A stretch of DNA of 64,000 nt. Origin: Octopus sinensis (taxonomy: Eukaryota). The translations under genes and the position numbers were made by a program. The notes beneath the pieces were generated by a model. That model worked only from the letters and a program-made list of their open reading frames with translations, had not been told where the DNA came from and made no database searches. Shown piece after piece: positions 63,321 to 64,000 of this stretch (position 1 is the first letter of the stretch; every line of letters starts with the position of its first letter). The stretch covers positions 23,312,001 to 23,376,000 of the forward strand of contig NC_043004.1 in the NCBI RefSeq assembly GCF_006345805.1. Reading direction: 5' to 3'.

Positions 63321-63631
63321 ATATATTTAAAAAAAAAAAGAGCTAGACCAAAGGTCCTTCTTAAGCCATTTATGAGGCCAGTATCCCAGGTTCTGTGGTC
63401 TATATATTTCCTTTACCCCTGGATGGGACACCAGTCCATCATAGGATTAATCCCATTTGCTAACCGAGTAGACTAGAGTGACATGAAATGCAGTGTTTTG
63501 CTCAAGAATACAACACATCACTCAGTCCATGCACCTACAGTGTATATGTATGTATGCATGCATGCATTTATGTATGTATGTATGTATGTATGTATGTATG
63601 TATGTATGTATGTATGTATGTATGTATGTTT

Positions 63632-63830
63632 GTCTCTTCTATTTTTTAATTATTATAAATCTTCCACTGACGAGGGAGCCACTTTCCAACAAAGATACAA
63701 GGCTCCATCTTTGGGATGTAGTTAATAGACAAATTCACATTTGGAACTTGAGAAAAATCTTGCATATTTTTACTGTCCCACTCACAGATTGCACTTATAA
63801 TGTACGAATTTGCCGGTCAATTTCTCTTTG
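63632..63830 (-). mobile_element. R4/Dong-like LINE 3' end, same family as 51096-51420
   Basis: REIDRQIRTL*VQSVSGTVKICKIFLKF and the shared 3' UTR cccaaagatgg.gccttg.atct...ggctccct...cagtgga. Confidence 0.8.
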
Positions 63831-64000
63831 CCTTTCATCCTTTCAACTTTGCCTTTCATTCTTTCACAGTCAATAAATTATGTTCAGCACTGGGGTCGAT
63901 ATAATCAACTTAGCCACTCCACTAAACTTGCTGGCCTTGTGCCAAAATTTGAAACCAATATTTAGAAAGCTGGCAGAATTGTTAGCATGCTGGGCAAAAT
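63830..64000 (+). mobile_element. SINE D (tail 2) fragments and the start of another D head
   Basis: tttgcctttcatcctttc, cactggggtcgatataatc, ggccttgtgccaaaatttgaaac, then agctggcagaattgttagcatgc. Confidence 0.7.

Noticed and set aside
59710-64000. Search for the next exon (expected ...PFRP... region)
   Set aside because: No convincing match. It probably lies downstream of the window.

Overview
Eukaryotic, AT-rich, repeat-dense genomic DNA, most likely an octopus (coleoid cephalopod). This is inferred from the tRNA-derived SINE families and the extreme microsatellite density and was not checked against a database. The only host gene I can support is a + strand receptor (membrane) guanylyl cyclase of the natriuretic-peptide-receptor type. 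Three exons of its kinase-homology domain are present (3814-3885, 56136-56301, 59554-59709), and the first two are separated by a 52,250-bp intron. The rest is intron filled with at least four SINE head families, R4/Dong-like, RTE, CR1, Tx1/L1 and Penelope-like relics, mariner, maT, Tc1, Tigger, hAT, Merlin and Chapaev-like DNA elements, Helitrons and microsatellites. Four observations stand out. (1) A TSD-flanked retroelement with one uninterrupted ORF that encodes only a Tx1/L1-type ORF1 (half-LINE), shares its 3' tail with a local SINE family, and has an RT-linked relative in the same window. (2) An in-frame exon that begins with AG|GTAAGC, a recursive-splicing-like junction. (3) RLE-type LINEs that appear to sit in (CATA)n/(CA)n microsatellites. 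(4) A near-identical inverted SINE pair flanking a coding exon. Boundaries of decayed repeats are approximate and all alignments were done by eye.
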